This document shows positions 41,101-53,950 of a DNA stretch of 64,000 nucleotides, in pieces (positions within the stretch are counted from its first letter, which is position 1; every line of letters starts with the position of its first letter). The translations under genes were made by a program, and so were the position numbers. The stretch is taken from contig CP075495.1 in assembly GCA_021613535.1 (NCBI GenBank), forward strand, positions 8,308,001 through 8,372,000, given 5' to 3'. The stretch is from Adineta vaga. Its lineage: Eukaryota > Animalia > Rotifera. Under the pieces are notes generated by a model that was not told the DNA's origin, did no database searches, and saw only the letters and a list, made by a program, of their open reading frames with translations.

Positions 41101-41290
41101 TAAAAAGCAAAAAAATCTTCTTTTCTACAGATTTGTCACCTCACAAACAGGTAAACTTTATATGCATTCCGATATTCGATTAATTTTTGCACGTAATAAA
41201 CTTGATTATGATGATCGAACAGCAGGTGGTAAAGCACAATTAGTGACATTAACAGATACACCGACACCTAAATATTGGTCACGAAAATAG
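38133..41290 (+). CDS. ATOSA: Atos homolog / FAM214 (DUF4210 + chromosome-segregation domain) with long Ser-rich N-terminus
   Basis: C-terminal exons ESLLHGKILPCGILDGFTLKLGASGLFMPKQVVLPV...SPYLG...KRGYHTPTKGTI..LLNPNGTAV..YDFSDMPPDHRTFIRQR...LRYLAHIRF...GKLYMHSDIRLIF match the FAM214/Atos family as recalled. Confidence 0.88.
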
Positions 41291-42256
41291 GATAATAGAA
41301 ATTGCATACAGTCCCGATTGTATTTATATTTATTTATTTATTATTCTGTTTCCATTTCTTTTTCCTTTTGATCTCGTTCAGTTTTTTGTTTTCTTTCGAT
41401 TTCGTTTTTTCTCTCTCTCTCCCCCGCCTTTGTTTATTTGCGTTTTATGTTCATCTGTTATCTTCTTTCATAATTCGGATTTTCTTTACTCGTACAGTAA
41501 CATTACGTGGCGCATCAGAAAACTGATTGGAAATTTTCTGTTTGTTACCAGTCTTTAATTGATTTTTTTTTTATCCTTGAAAGTTCATTATATTTAAATA
41601 GTCAGCAGAATCGTTTTTAGAAAAGAAAACAGAGCATATTCTATTGTTTGTTTTTTCTGTTCTGTGAATTCCATCGTGAATATTACCTAGAATAAGAATA
41701 GCATTTTAAAAGATAAATTATGATCGTTTGAAAGAAAATATCTTATTCTTTTCTTCTCTTCGAACAGTATGACTGTGGAATTTTTCAATGTTGATCTAAC
41801 ATCAACGAAGAATACGACAAATGATTCTTAGGTCAATCATTCAAATCGTCGAACGGATGAATATTCATTTTTATTGATGAACGAAAACTCGACATCAGTT
41901 TTTATTTTCTCACATCTCTGAACAAAACAAGAAAAACAAAAAAAAATTAGTTCAAAATTGATGAAATCTATTGAAGAAGTGCTGTACATGAATGAACTTG
42001 AGATTTGTCTTTTTCTTCTCCTGTCAAAATCGTTCAGTTCATTACAGTCACAGAACTCCATAGGAGTAAAAGCGGTGAAGAAAAAAGAGAGGGAAATGAA
42101 AACAAATGAAGAGAGAAAAAAACAAGATAAACAAAAAGAACAAGAATATCATCTCAACAAATAATGCGCTACATCATTTTGAGCAAACACACATATATAT
42201 ATATATATGAAAAACAAAAATAGACAGTTGGCATTTACCTATATACAACTAATAAA

Positions 42257-44223
42257 TTATTGCCAGCGAGTCCTGCCACGTTGTCCGTAATTATTGGATG
42301 ATAACCAATGATTCTGTTGATATTGTGGAGTAAAAGATGAAGATGATGCTGGTGGTGGTTGAGTAGGATAGTAACCTGTTGGAGGACGAATAAATGTTGG
42401 AGTTGATGATGATGTTTGTAAAGACGGTCGAATCCTTTGTTGTGTTTGCTTATTATCATGTGTTTCAGAAATTTTTCGTTTATTCGTTGTAGTCGATAAC
42501 GATGATGATGGATTATTTAATAAAGCTATTTGTTGTTCAAGTTTATTCTTTTCTCTTGTGTGATGTTCCATTAAAGTCATGTTTTTTGAAGGAATTATTT
42601 GTGTTTGATTTAAATCTTCCATATCAATTAATAGAGTATCTAATGGTAATTCCTTTTCATCATAATACATTTGTACAAGTTGAAGAAAATCTAATTCATG
42701 TGTGCGAGGTACACGTGCTAATGGTTTTAATTGACTTTGTAAATATGGATATATATTTAAAATATCATTCAATGGAATATACGAATGATTACTTGAACAA
42801 ACAAATGGTACTGTACGATTTGTTATATGAAGAGAACCACCACGTAATGCGAGAACAGTTTTATATTGTCGATTAATTTTTGATGTTGGATTATCTTTTG
42901 GTAAGATTTTAACATAGACAAGATGTTTTGTTCCCACTAATACATGATAAACATTAATCAATGGTGCATTTTCCACGATTTCTTCATTATTTATTTTACA
43001 ATCACGGATCATTCGATTCATAAGTGTTATATCTGCTAAAGTTGCGCGTGTTAATGTTGAACGTAATTCATCGACGTCAAGAATTTTACATGAAACAAGT
43101 ACTTGATATGGAATAAGACGTTGACGATTTTTGATTATAAATGGCAGAAAAACATTATTAATTTGTACCCAACCACTACCATCTATTTTCGCATGATATA
43201 ATGCACTTGGACAAAGTTCAGGTGAAATGGAAGGACTAGATTGTGCAGTGGATGGAGGCGGTGTTGGATATGTTGAGTTTGTACCTAAAGAAATTAAGTT
43301 TCAATAAGAGTTTGATATCTATTCACGAGTAATAAAATTTTATTATTTTAAAATCCATACCTGGTGGTGAGATAAGATTAGGTTTAATTTGAACATTAGA
43401 TGAGAATCGATTAGATGAATCGTATGATGTAGGATGACCATTGCTTTGTGTATTTGAATTGGAAGATTTGCTCGATTGTAGCAGTGATGATGAATTATTA
43501 GTTGAAGGAGCGCATGGTTTAGCGAGTATAGGTTTCACCGGACCCGCTTTTGATGGTGCTGATTGAGATGAAGATGGTATTAAAGATTTTGCTGATGGAG
43601 GTAAAACATAAGATGTATGAATGCTTGGTATAGATGGTATACCAGTTTTTTTGCTTGCTATTGGACGAATATTAGTGGAAGAATTGGAAGTCGAACGAGC
43701 AAATTCTTGAAGACGACGAATAAAATCAAGTAAATCTTCATATTCAATTAATTGATCATTGGCATTAGTAATACGGAAATTTATTGTATTATTGAGATGA
43801 TGTTCTATTATTTTTTGCATAAGTTCAACCTCGTGCGAAGTTAAATTATAAGTACGAACAGGTGGAGATACATTGGAAAAATAAAGTGATAATTGTCTCC
43901 ATCGTTCAGATTGTGCTAAAACTTGTTCGACATAACGTTTAACAACATAACGATCAAGACCATAAGTGCCAGGACTAAAGAAAATATAATTAAATTAATG
44001 GAATGTTTAAAAAAAGCTTTTCTCTTTTTTAAATTCTTTTGAAAGATTTGATTCGATGTTGAGTTCGGATTGAAGTAGAATAGACTGTATGTTTCTTTTT
44101 CTTTTTCTTTTTTTCAATCGATACCTACCGGAAAAGAACAGCAAATGGTTGATTTTCCCATTGTTCCCATGCAAATTGTTTGAAACGGCTCGGCTCATCT
44201 GTTAAATCACTTGAACGATGCAT
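42257..44223 (-). CDS. 3-exon protein with three divergent Ski/Sno/Dac-like repeats and low-complexity linkers
   Basis: Exon 1 MHRSSDLTDEPSRFKQFAWEQWENQPFAVLFR (ATG 44223) splices to PGTYGLDRYVVKRYVEQ..., continues through ORF 43323-43820 and an intron near 43359-43285 into GWVQINNVFLPF... and ORF 42257-43021. Confidence 0.7.
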
Positions 44224-45016
44224 TCACCTATATTTTTTGAAAAGATCAAATTATTTTAAATGATATAGAGAAGTGTTTGACTCACTGTTTTATATTAATT
44301 GTCTAGAAAATCTAATTCTTATTCTAGAAAAATCACAGTACAAATACAAGCGGCATGGTCAATCCACTATTTTCTTGTTCATTTTATTGTTAAAAGTTTT
44401 CAATATGAAAAACATATATGACGTAAATCTAAAAAAAACCTTACTCAGGTTTGTAGTTTTATTCTCTAGTTTTTGAATGGTTCAAATGAAATATAGAATA
44501 GGATTGAAGTTCTAATAGAGGAATTTGTTTAAGCTTTATCAACAACCAACCTGCGTGACCGTTCGAAATTACAACGAACAACTTTTTTTTTCTGCTTCGA
44601 AACTTTTATTTCATTGGTGTACGATGACATTTCAAAAGTTATCTATGCACTTATCATAGATGTCGTTCTATATTGGTTGATCATTGTTCAGAAACAATAT
44701 AGTATATAGACTATCATTGTAACGAGACAAGCATACTTATTTTTACAACGTCCTCTTCTACCCAAAGTGATTTTGTCAAGGAGAAAAAAAAAACAGTTTC
44801 TGATATTTCTCGTCGACTTCAATAGGAAACGTCAGCATTCCCCAGGAACCATGTGATCTAGCTTAGGACGATATGTATGAATCTCTTACTTTTCATACTT
44901 CTGTTCTCTATACATTTCTATATTTATTGAATAATTATCGAAATTTACAAGGACTTTTTTTTCTGTTTATATCATATGTATACGAGATTTTAAGAGTTTT
45001 AAAACGCATGTGCATT

Positions 45017-45028
45017 AGCACCATCTAC
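45017..45028 (+). promoter_or_regulatory. AGCACCATCTAC motif upstream of the PEX12-TMEM129 cluster
   Basis: Variant of the 4856 motif, ~165 bp upstream of ATG 45192. Confidence 0.35.
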
Positions 45029-45191
45029 ATGTTTTACCAATGAAAGAATATGATAATAACGAATGAGATGAAGCAACAAATCTGGTAACGACATATATCA
45101 CGATGAAGTAAACCAAACCAAACTAAAATAATGTCGTTTTGAGATAAGAAATATTATATCCTGAATCTTTGATTTTATTCTTACTATCATT

Positions 45192-46187
45192 ATGTCATCT
45201 TCGAATATTCATTCAACAGTGAATTTTACTTCATCTTCAACTGCTATCACACCTCCCTTACCAAGTGTATTCGAATTACTTGCTCAAGAACGTTTAACTG
45301 ATTTAATTCGTCCTTGTTTACGACAAGTTTTTAAATTTCTTCATGAAATTCGTCCACTTTCCAATCTATTTCGAATACTTTATAAATATAAAGATGAATT
45401 TATTCTATTGATTGAAAGTATTGTTCAATGGCTTTATCTGCACTTTTATTCAGCACTTATTGGGGAACATTTCTATGGTTTAAAACGTACAGCAAATCAT
45501 CGCTTACGTTCATTAATCTTTTCTGTCTTTCTACCTTATGTACAATTAAAACTCGAATTATTACATGAACAATTACGTACAAGTAATAATCAACGTCATG
45601 CAACATTTCATATTCTCTCACAACTTCTACCAAAAATTCAAGTAAGCATAAATTTTTCTATTTCTTATGATATGAATCAAAGTAAAATTGCATTTTTTTT
45701 AAAGATTTTTATCGAAGGTGTTTCTTGGCTGTATCGATTAGGTTATGCTTTCGGTCGAACTGAATACTATAGTCCAATGCTTCAATTAGCCGGTGTTAAA
45801 TTAACATACAGTAAAACACCTTCACCTGTCACACCTCCATCGACGACTGCTGGTCGATTTTTTTCAATTATTAGTCAAATTATGTCGAGTGGTTTATTTC
45901 TAATTCAATTTGTCGATTGGTGGAATAATACGAATGGTTCCAAACAGAAACCGACGAATTCAAATATCATTCCACCATTACCAACTTCGACTCCTACTCG
46001 ACAAGCAATTGGTAAACGTCAATGTCCTCTTTGTCGACAACCATGTAATGTCCCCACAGCAGTACTTGGTTCTGGTTATGTTTATTGTCATTCATGTATT
46101 AGTGATTATGTCAAACGTTATCATCGTTGTCCAACAACGCAACAACCAGTGACAAGTGAACATTTAATTAAAATGTATTTCGATTAA
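45192..46187 (+). CDS. PEX12: Peroxisomal RING E3 ligase subunit PEX12 (one intron ~45641-45703)
   Basis: PSVFELLAQERL, EHFYGLKR, VFLPY, SPMLQLAG, FLIQFVDWW, C-terminal CPLC...SGYVYCHSCI..YV....RCP.T RING variant. Confidence 0.93.
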   Translation: MSSSNIHSTVNFTSSSTAITPPLPSVFELLAQERLTDLIRPCLRQVFKFLHEIRPLSNLFRILYKYKDEFILLIESIVQWLYLHFYSALIGEHFYGLKRTANHRLRSLIFSVFLPYVQLKLELLHEQLRTSNNQRHATFHILSQLLPKIQVSINFSISYDMNQSKIAFFLKIFIEGVSWLYRLGYAFGRTEYYSPMLQLAGVKLTYSKTPSPVTPPSTTAGRFFSIISQIMSSGLFLIQFVDWWNNTNGSKQKPTNSNIIPPLPTSTPTRQAIGKRQCPLCRQPCNVPTAVLGSGYVYCHSCISDYVKRYHRCPTTQQPVTSEHLIKMYFD

Positions 46188-46284
46188 ATGATTTTTTTTT
46201 CCAAAGCAATGTTTTTGTGATTTCTATTGATATTTTTATTTCCATTGATTTGATCTATGTTCTGTTTTGTAGATTCATTTTAGA

Positions 46285-47672
46285 ATGTCTTATTCATTAT
46301 TAACAATTGATACATCTGAACTTTTGATTATTACATTTCTTTATATTCTCATTGCATTTATTATTATTTTACCACCGAGTGAACTTATTTCTGCCGGATT
46401 TTCTATACAAAATATTTTTTCATATTTTCTCAATGAAAATGAAGAAATAACATTTATTAAATATCATATCAAACGTATATCTAGTAAATATTTAGTTCAT
46501 AGTTTTCTTCCGTTAGGATACATTTGTCTTCTAATCTATTATTGCGATTGGTCATCAGGAATTCTTCATGCTTGTCACAGTCTTTTTACCGAAACATCAA
46601 TTATACTTCGATGTATTGCATACATTTGTCTTTTAATCCCAATTTTAACCACAATAATTGTTATTCGTTGGCATTTAAATGATTGTTTTCAACATCCAAT
46701 CGTTCGACAATTACGTTTATTTATTCAAACAAATAATCAAGAACAAACATGGCACACAGTCGAATCATCGATTAATACAGAATTTCGACGATATGATAAA
46801 TTTACATGTGGCTCAACAACATCCAATGTTCGTTGTTATGTATTAGATTCATGGATATTAAAATGTTCTATGTATCATGTCAATATAGCTCAACAATCGA
46901 ATGTACGTGTTGAATTAGATGAAGCACATGATATACATTTACAAGAAACGAATGAAGAAGTAACATTATCAACACAATATCTTAATATATTAATTAAAAG
47001 TAATGATTTACGAATAAAACCATTCTATATCAGGTTAGTAAATTCTTGTCGACGGAACAATATCTTAGTTTGACTAATCAAATGTTTATTTCTTTCTCAT
47101 GAGATTGTTGTTAAGTAAAACACGCAAATCTATATTTAAATTTGCCACTCAATGAAATAGATTATTATTAAAATCTTCAGAATTCTATACTATATAATTT
47201 AGATTGAAAGCGAGTGAATACGATGATCTTCGAGGCAAACTTCAAGCAAATATTGAAAATGTAAAAAATATTGTTATACGTCAATCGTTAAGTGATTTAT
47301 TTCTCGAAGATTTTCGTCAACAAGTTACTAGAAATCCAAAATATCGATTACCATTAAATCATCAAGTAGCAAGAAAAAAACAAAATCTCTTTTACCTATT
47401 CATATTCGATTCATTTTTAGGATTTAGATACATGTATTGGTTGTTTGCAAACAAATGCAAATGTAAAACTTGTAAAAAATTGTGATGCACCAGATATTGG
47501 CCAATGTCGAACATGTTTCTGTCGTCCAATGTGGTGTCTCGAATGTTTAGGTAAATGGTTTGCTAGTAGACAAGATCAAACAAGACCTGATACATGGCTT
47601 CAATCAACTTGTCCATGTCCATCATGTCGGTCGATCTTTTGTATACTTGATATATCAATAGTTGAATTTTAA
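46285..47672 (+). CDS. TMEM129: ERAD E3 ubiquitin ligase TMEM129 (3 exons)
   Basis: PPSELISAGFSIQNIF, FIKYHIKR, HSFLPLGY, HPI, SINTEFRRYDKF, C-terminal CIGCLQ..ANVKLVKNC...CRTCFCRPMWCLECLGKWFASRQDQ..PDTWL...CPCPSCRS.FCILD. Confidence 0.95.
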
Positions 47673-48504
47673 TCAGACAAATGAATCTCATCTATTTAGT
47701 TATTTAAATCGATAAATAAATTATTATGCTATAAGTATTTTGAATGTAAAAAGTTTTTTTTTGTTGTCTTGTGTCTCTCTTGAACTTAATCATTGATGAA
47801 TGAGAACGACGTTACTCGGAAATGGAAATTTATCGTTATCAAAAATACATTAAAAACTTGAGTTTTTTTAAATCGTTTGTATTTTTAATTGTTATTGATT
47901 GATGTGTCAGTGGCTATAATAATAAAAACTAATCTTTATTGTAACTTACAAGGAAAAAGTAATATTAATATAGTGATCTAAAATGTTGTATGGATCGAAT
48001 GCTTTTCTTTTCTACGTGGTAGATCGTCATCGATTGGTATATAATCAATATTCAAGAAAAAGAAAGAAAGAAAGAAAAGATTGTGTGAGTTCATTATTGA
48101 CAAGTTTTAATTATAAGAATAAAACTGAAGAAAAAGGAAAAAAGAGAGAAAAGTCGTCGTTGACGTATATAGGCATTATGCAAACGAGAAAGAGAGAAAC
48201 AAATAAACGAATGCATATTTGATTGTTAGAATAATGATTACAGTAGTTGATTCTGTTTGATCTTTTTTCCTTTCTATACGACTTATTGAAATTCTTATTT
48301 ACCATCGTAAAAAGTGAGTATGTTATTCAGATAAGAATTTATTACTGAAAACGAGTCGAGCAAAAAGAAAAATTCTATTTCTTCCTGTTATTTAGAAGTC
48401 AGACTAACAACATCGAGTTTTTTCTCGGAAAAAAAATAATTTCAATTTCAAATTGTTATTTCTCGATAACAGACAGTAAGTCTCTTGACATCGTGAACCA
48501 AGTA

Positions 48505-49116
48505 ATGAATAGTCTCCTAACGAATCGTGTTCAATCAGCCTATTCACGGGCAACCTATCGTTCGGAAACAGATGCTGACGATAATGATTATCCTCAGCAA
48601 ATTAAACAACGTCCAAAGACAAGTAAAAGTTTACATCGAGCAGGTTCAAATCTCTTCGAACATGATTCGAGAAGAAATGGAAATTCATCAACTCTTTCAT
48701 CAGCAACAAGTCATCGTCGACGATTGAAAACAGCCAGTAGTGCTACAACAACTAGTTCAAGACCAGGATCTCGTAAACTTCGTTCCGATGAAATCGAAAA
48801 TCTTCTACAAACACTTGATCGTGATGATACAGTTATTGTTCAACTTGATTGTTTAGCAAATTATCGAACACTCGTCGAAACAATTGATTTACGTCATACA
48901 CCAATTGATTCTCGATTATTATGTGCATTACAACAACGTGAGAATCGTATTGTCCAAGGCAATGCATGCCGTGATACACGTTTTCATTCTTTACTTGATC
49001 TACTTCAACCGGCATATACATCGGCAACGGCTGAACAAAATAGTTTGAATGAAATTAATGATAAACCTATATTAGAATATCCACATACTGAAATTCCAGT
49101 TGAATATGTTAAATAG
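48505..49116 (+). CDS. Hypothetical protein with basic Ser/Arg-rich N-terminus
   Basis: Intact ~200-aa ORF with coding-like composition; no family recognised. Confidence 0.6.
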   Translation: MNSLLTNRVQSAYSRATYRSETDADDNDYPQQIKQRPKTSKSLHRAGSNLFEHDSRRNGNSSTLSSATSHRRRLKTASSATTTSSRPGSRKLRSDEIENLLQTLDRDDTVIVQLDCLANYRTLVETIDLRHTPIDSRLLCALQQRENRIVQGNACRDTRFHSLLDLLQPAYTSATAEQNSLNEINDKPILEYPHTEIPVEYVK

Positions 49117-49391
49117 ACATTAATTTTTATAAAAAGAATCATCATTAACGTAATGAAAATACGTTTTAATTCTGCGAATAACAATCTTCTTACTACTTCG
49201 ATTTTTATATTTATACTGTTAATCCACTATGATTTGTACTTGACATACTTAATAAAGTCTATAAGGCAAACTATTGATCTGTTAAGTTCTAAATATGAAT
49301 GTTATACTAATTAATATAATTTTAAATAAATAATTCAAAGAAAGAAATCATATGTGATACGATCTTTTGCTATTCAGCACAATCGTTTATT

Positions 49392-49403
49392 AGCGACATC
49401 TGA
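49392..49403 (+). promoter_or_regulatory. AGCGACATCTGA motif upstream of the ERAL1-IMPA-PTTG1IP-TIMM21 cluster
   Basis: Variant of the 4856 motif, ~180 bp upstream of ATG 49584. Confidence 0.35.
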
Positions 49404-49583
49404 TCAAGTTGCTGTTAAAACGTATACTGATAGAACCTAAGAAAAAAATTATGAATCATTAAATTCAAGTGCTCGCTTTGCATTTGCACGTTGAATAGTA
49501 AACGACGTTCTATAAAAGCATTGAGAATCTTCTTCAAAGTATCATTATCTTTTCTTAGATTACTTTATTTGTAATCTAGAACA

Positions 49584-51621
49584 ATGATATTACATCGAAT
49601 CTCTCTTCTTACTCATCGACATACACGATCGATTATTTCAATTCGAGCTATTCAAATTGATTCTGATCCAAATGAAAAAATTATTCCCTTATCTAAGTTT
49701 GATTTAAGTAAACCATTGATTGGACGAACAAATGGTACGTGTTATTGCATGCAATAGGATATAATTTTTCGTGAAAATAAAAACATCTACCTTTGTCAAT
49801 TAGCTGAACAGACTGCTATTTCATTACTACGTCCAGATATGCCTCATGATTCGGAATTACTTAAAGTAGCAATTATTGGAGCACCAAATGCTGGCAAAAG
49901 TACATTTGTCAATCGTCTAATGGGTTGGAGAGTAAGTGAAGAGAACGAATAATAAAAGATGTCAGTTGTGGTTTGAAAATCGAAATATTAATTAAAACGA
50001 TATTTAGATTTCATCTGTATCCAAACGACCACACACTACTCGTCATCGAATAACAGGCGTTTTGACTGATTCTAATAAACAAATTGTAAGAAATGATCTC
50101 ATTCTTTCATTCTTAGCTAATATTTACCATAGGTTTTTCTTGATACACCTGGTTTTGTTGCACCATGGCGTAAAAAACGGTAAATGAAAATAGATTTCGT
50201 TAAACTACTTAGTATCAATCATTATTTCTATTGTCATTCAGACATAATCTAGAGAAATCAATGATTCTTGATCCTCATTCAAGTTTGTGGGATGCGAATC
50301 TAAGTAAAAAGATCGACATATTTTCTTTATTGTATATTTTAATCTGTTCTCCTATCTTAGTTTGTGTCGTACATGATGTTTCGAATCATTGGCTTCGCTT
50401 TAAACTTGATGAAGAAATCCTTAAATGTCTTTATGCACATCCAGAAAAAGAAGCAATTCTTATTCTAAATAAAGTATGAAAGAAAGTTTTTTTTTTCTGT
50501 TCACTTTTAAATACTATCTCACTATTTCAAAGGTTGATTCAATCAAACGCAAACGTATGTTATTAGATGTAACAACTATTCTTACCGATGGTTCACTCAA
50601 TGGTATACCCTATCGTTTGGATTCACCCTATCATCGTAATGGTGAACTTGATATGGAACGATTATTTCTTAAAACTGCTCATGAAATGAATATACCTTTA
50701 CCCAAAAATGAGAATGATATTGAAAAAGAACGTCTATTAGCTGATATGAAAGAATATGAAAAGAAATTATTGAGTATTCAGATGGAAAATATTGATCTTG
50801 ATCTCGAAGAAAATCAAGTGAAAGAATTAATTTCACGTCATGAAGATAAAAGTTTAACATTAGAACAATTATCTGATAACGTATCATCTCATATTCCCTA
50901 TAAATCAATGAAAGATATAAGTCCATTTGAATTCAAAAAAGATCTTATGGAAACAACAAATTGGCATTTATATTATAAAAAATTATCTCAAATTCGTTTA
51001 TTCACAAAAGATCGCTCGACTTGGCCATATTTTAATCAAGTCTTTATGATTTCAGCAAAACAAAATCGTGGTATAGCTGCCATTCGAGTAACTATCTCTA
51101 TCTTACAAACATAATGGTCGATCGAAAATGTTTCATTTTAGAAATATCTTTTCTCACGAACAAAACCAGCTTCATGGATGTTTCATCGAAATTTTGTTAC
51201 TGATCAATATCCACAAGAAATAGCTGAAATGTGTATACGAGAAAAAATGTTAGAATATCTACCGGATGAAATTCCTTATACTTATCTTTTGGTATGACAT
51301 AAAACAAATCTTTGAATACATAATTTAGTATTAAAATGTTTGTCTTAGACAAATGAACGATGGGAATTAGACGAAAATGATGTTCTTCATATGACTTTTC
51401 TAGTTTATCCACGTGCTAAACAATTGAAACGTGATGTTGTATGTAAACATATTCTTTTTTCTTTGAAATATCAAATAATTTATCCGTTTTTCCAGAGTGT
51501 ATTATTAAAAAATCATGGCGAAGCAATTAAATTAATCAGTATTGAAAGTGAAAAAGCACTTTCTACAACATTTCGTTGTGAAATTAAATTAAAATTAATT
51601 GTTAAAACTTCTCATGAATAA
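49584..51621 (+). CDS. ERAL1: Mitochondrial Era-like GTPase (multi-exon)
   Basis: Presequence-like N-terminus MILHRISLLTHRHTRS; G1 KVAIIGAPNAGKST, G2 VSKRPHTTR, G3 FLDTPG, G4 LNK(V)D, VFMISA; KH region IREKMLEYLPDEIPY. Confidence 0.92.
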
Positions 51622-51682
51622 ATCGAAATCTGTTCAATCAAGTTTTTCAACTGTTATTATTTTTGTTTTTGTTTGTTTTCAG

Positions 51683-52996
51683 ATGTTTGAAAATGAAATT
51701 GATATTTGTTATAAAACTATTCTTGATCTTGTATCTTTAGCTGGAAAAGTAAGTTGTAAAATTAACTTGATTCATTAAAGAATTATTCTATTTAGGTTGT
51801 TTGTGAAGGTTTTTCTATAACAAAACGTATAGAAACAAAAAGTAGTGCAGCTGATCTTGTCACTGAATATGACCAGCGTGTTGAAAAAATTTTAATAGAA
51901 AAATTACAAGAAAAATTTCCAACGCATAAGTTCGTACTTTTGAACAGAAAAAAAATAATTTTCTATTTATCAAATATAGATTTATTGGTGAAGAATCAAC
52001 TGCATCAGAAACCGAAATAAAATTTACTGATGATCCAACATGGATTATTGATCCTATTGATGGCACTACCAATTTTGTACATGGGTAAATTGAGCACGCG
52101 AATGGAATATTCTTCAATGAAAGTTTTAATTTATGTACATAGATTTCCAATGGTAGCAATATCTGTTGCATTTGCTATTAATAAAGAAGTAATTATTGGA
52201 GTAGTTTATAATCCAATTTTGGATCATCTTTATTCAGCAATACGTGGCAAAGGAGCATTTAGAAATGGTCGACCTATTCAATGCTCAAAACAAAAAGGTT
52301 AGTATCTTAAAAAACTTAAGAGAGGTGTAAGATAGATGATTGTGACTTTTTTAATTTTGATTTTCACTTCAAAGATATGAATGCTTTTCCTATTAATTGA
52401 GTAATTGATTGTACGTGTATTTTTCTAGAACTTTCTCTATCTCAAGTGATTGGTGCATATGGCCCTAGTCGAGATCCAGATATTCTCAATGCGAAAAATG
52501 AAAATCAACGTAGAATCATTGAAAAAGCTCAAAGGTAAATACAAAGTAGAAGATGAATAGATATGAACATATTCCTTTCTTTGCAGTATTCGTATGATGG
52601 GTAGTGCAGCTTTAAGTTTATGTTTTATAGCTGAAGGTTCTTGCGATGCTTATGTTGATTACGGTGGCTATATTTGGGATTATGGTATCACAAAAAAATA
52701 TGATCTTCTCTTCCTTTAACTAAATTTGTGATTGATTTCTTCAATAGCTGCTTGCGATTTAATTGCTCGTGAAGCTAGTGCTTATACATGTGATCCAACC
52801 GGTAGATAGCAATTTAATTATTTCTAAATAAGATTTTGTTTTCTTAGGTGCACCGTTAAAGCTACATCATCGTCGTATATTATGTGCAGCTTCGAAAGAA
52901 CTTGCTGAACAAATCTCACCATTATTGATACATATCGATTATTTTTCGAATGATAAAAAACCGACAGTTACTTTTGAATCAATTTCAAAACTATGA
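51683..52996 (+). CDS. IMPA1: Inositol monophosphatase (multi-exon)
   Basis: [55 protein letters not shown]. Confidence 0.93.
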
Positions 52997-53036
52997 TCAG
53001 ATATTTTTATAATAATTACACTACTTTTTATTCTAG

Positions 53037-53757
53037 ATGATGAAAACTTCGTTCATTTTCATTTTAATTAGTGTTATCGTTAGTTTAACATCTAGCGATC
53101 CTGTCGACCAATGCAGCGCTTTTACGAATTCAGACTGTAAAACCTGTTTAAAAAATACAGAATGTGCTTTTTGTAAAAATACTAAACGATGTTTTTTACA
53201 TCAATTTTATGAAACAAATCTACCATGTTCACCATCAGATATGCAATACAAAACATGTGTTGGTAAATTATTTGAAATATCTTGATCTATTGACAAATCT
53301 TACTCGTAGGTAGTCTTCAAATATGGCTTATTGTTCTTGGTTCGGCAGGTGGTGTTATTCTAATAGCTGTCATAATTATTATCATTTGTTGTCGTAGAAA
53401 ATGTGTTCGACGTGCACGTCAAAAGTTCGTTGCGGAGATTAAATCAATATTCAAATGTGTTTTTTTCTACTTCTGTTCATTTCTAGAGATCAAGCGAAAG
53501 AAGATGCATATACTCGAAATCTAGAAGATCGACGAACTACCGCTGCAGTTAGGTTAGAATCAATAAATTTTATTCTCAGAAAAAAGTTCTTCTCATAATT
53601 ATTTAGATCGGAAGAAAGAAAGCAATCAGGTGATAATCTTCGTATGAAATACGGTATATGAACAATCTCTCTGAATTTAATTATCTGACTAATTAGTATA
53701 CTTGTAGGTATATTAAAAGCGAAAGATGATGGTACCGATTATAAACGTTTCAGTTAA
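53037..53757 (+). CDS. PTTG1IP: PTTG1-interacting protein (PBF)-like: signal peptide, PSI domain, TM helix
   Basis: Signal peptide, CKTCLKNTECAFC PSI-like domain, TM exon (IWLIVLGSAGGVILIAVIIIIICC), C-terminus LRMKYGILKAKDDGTDYKRFS* matching the PTTG1IP KYG...YxRF end. Confidence 0.85.
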
Positions 53758-53950
53758 ACAATAAAATGATACATCGACAAAATATTTCTTGGCATTTGAT
53801 TCTGTGATTTTTCTTTTGATGTCTTTCATAATTTTTGATTGCAATAATTTTGTTTTAATAATTATTAAGAGAATAATAATTTGTGTTTTTTTTTGTACTG
53901 ATAAAATAAATCAAGATTATACATGTTCAACTTTTTTTTCCCCTATATAG

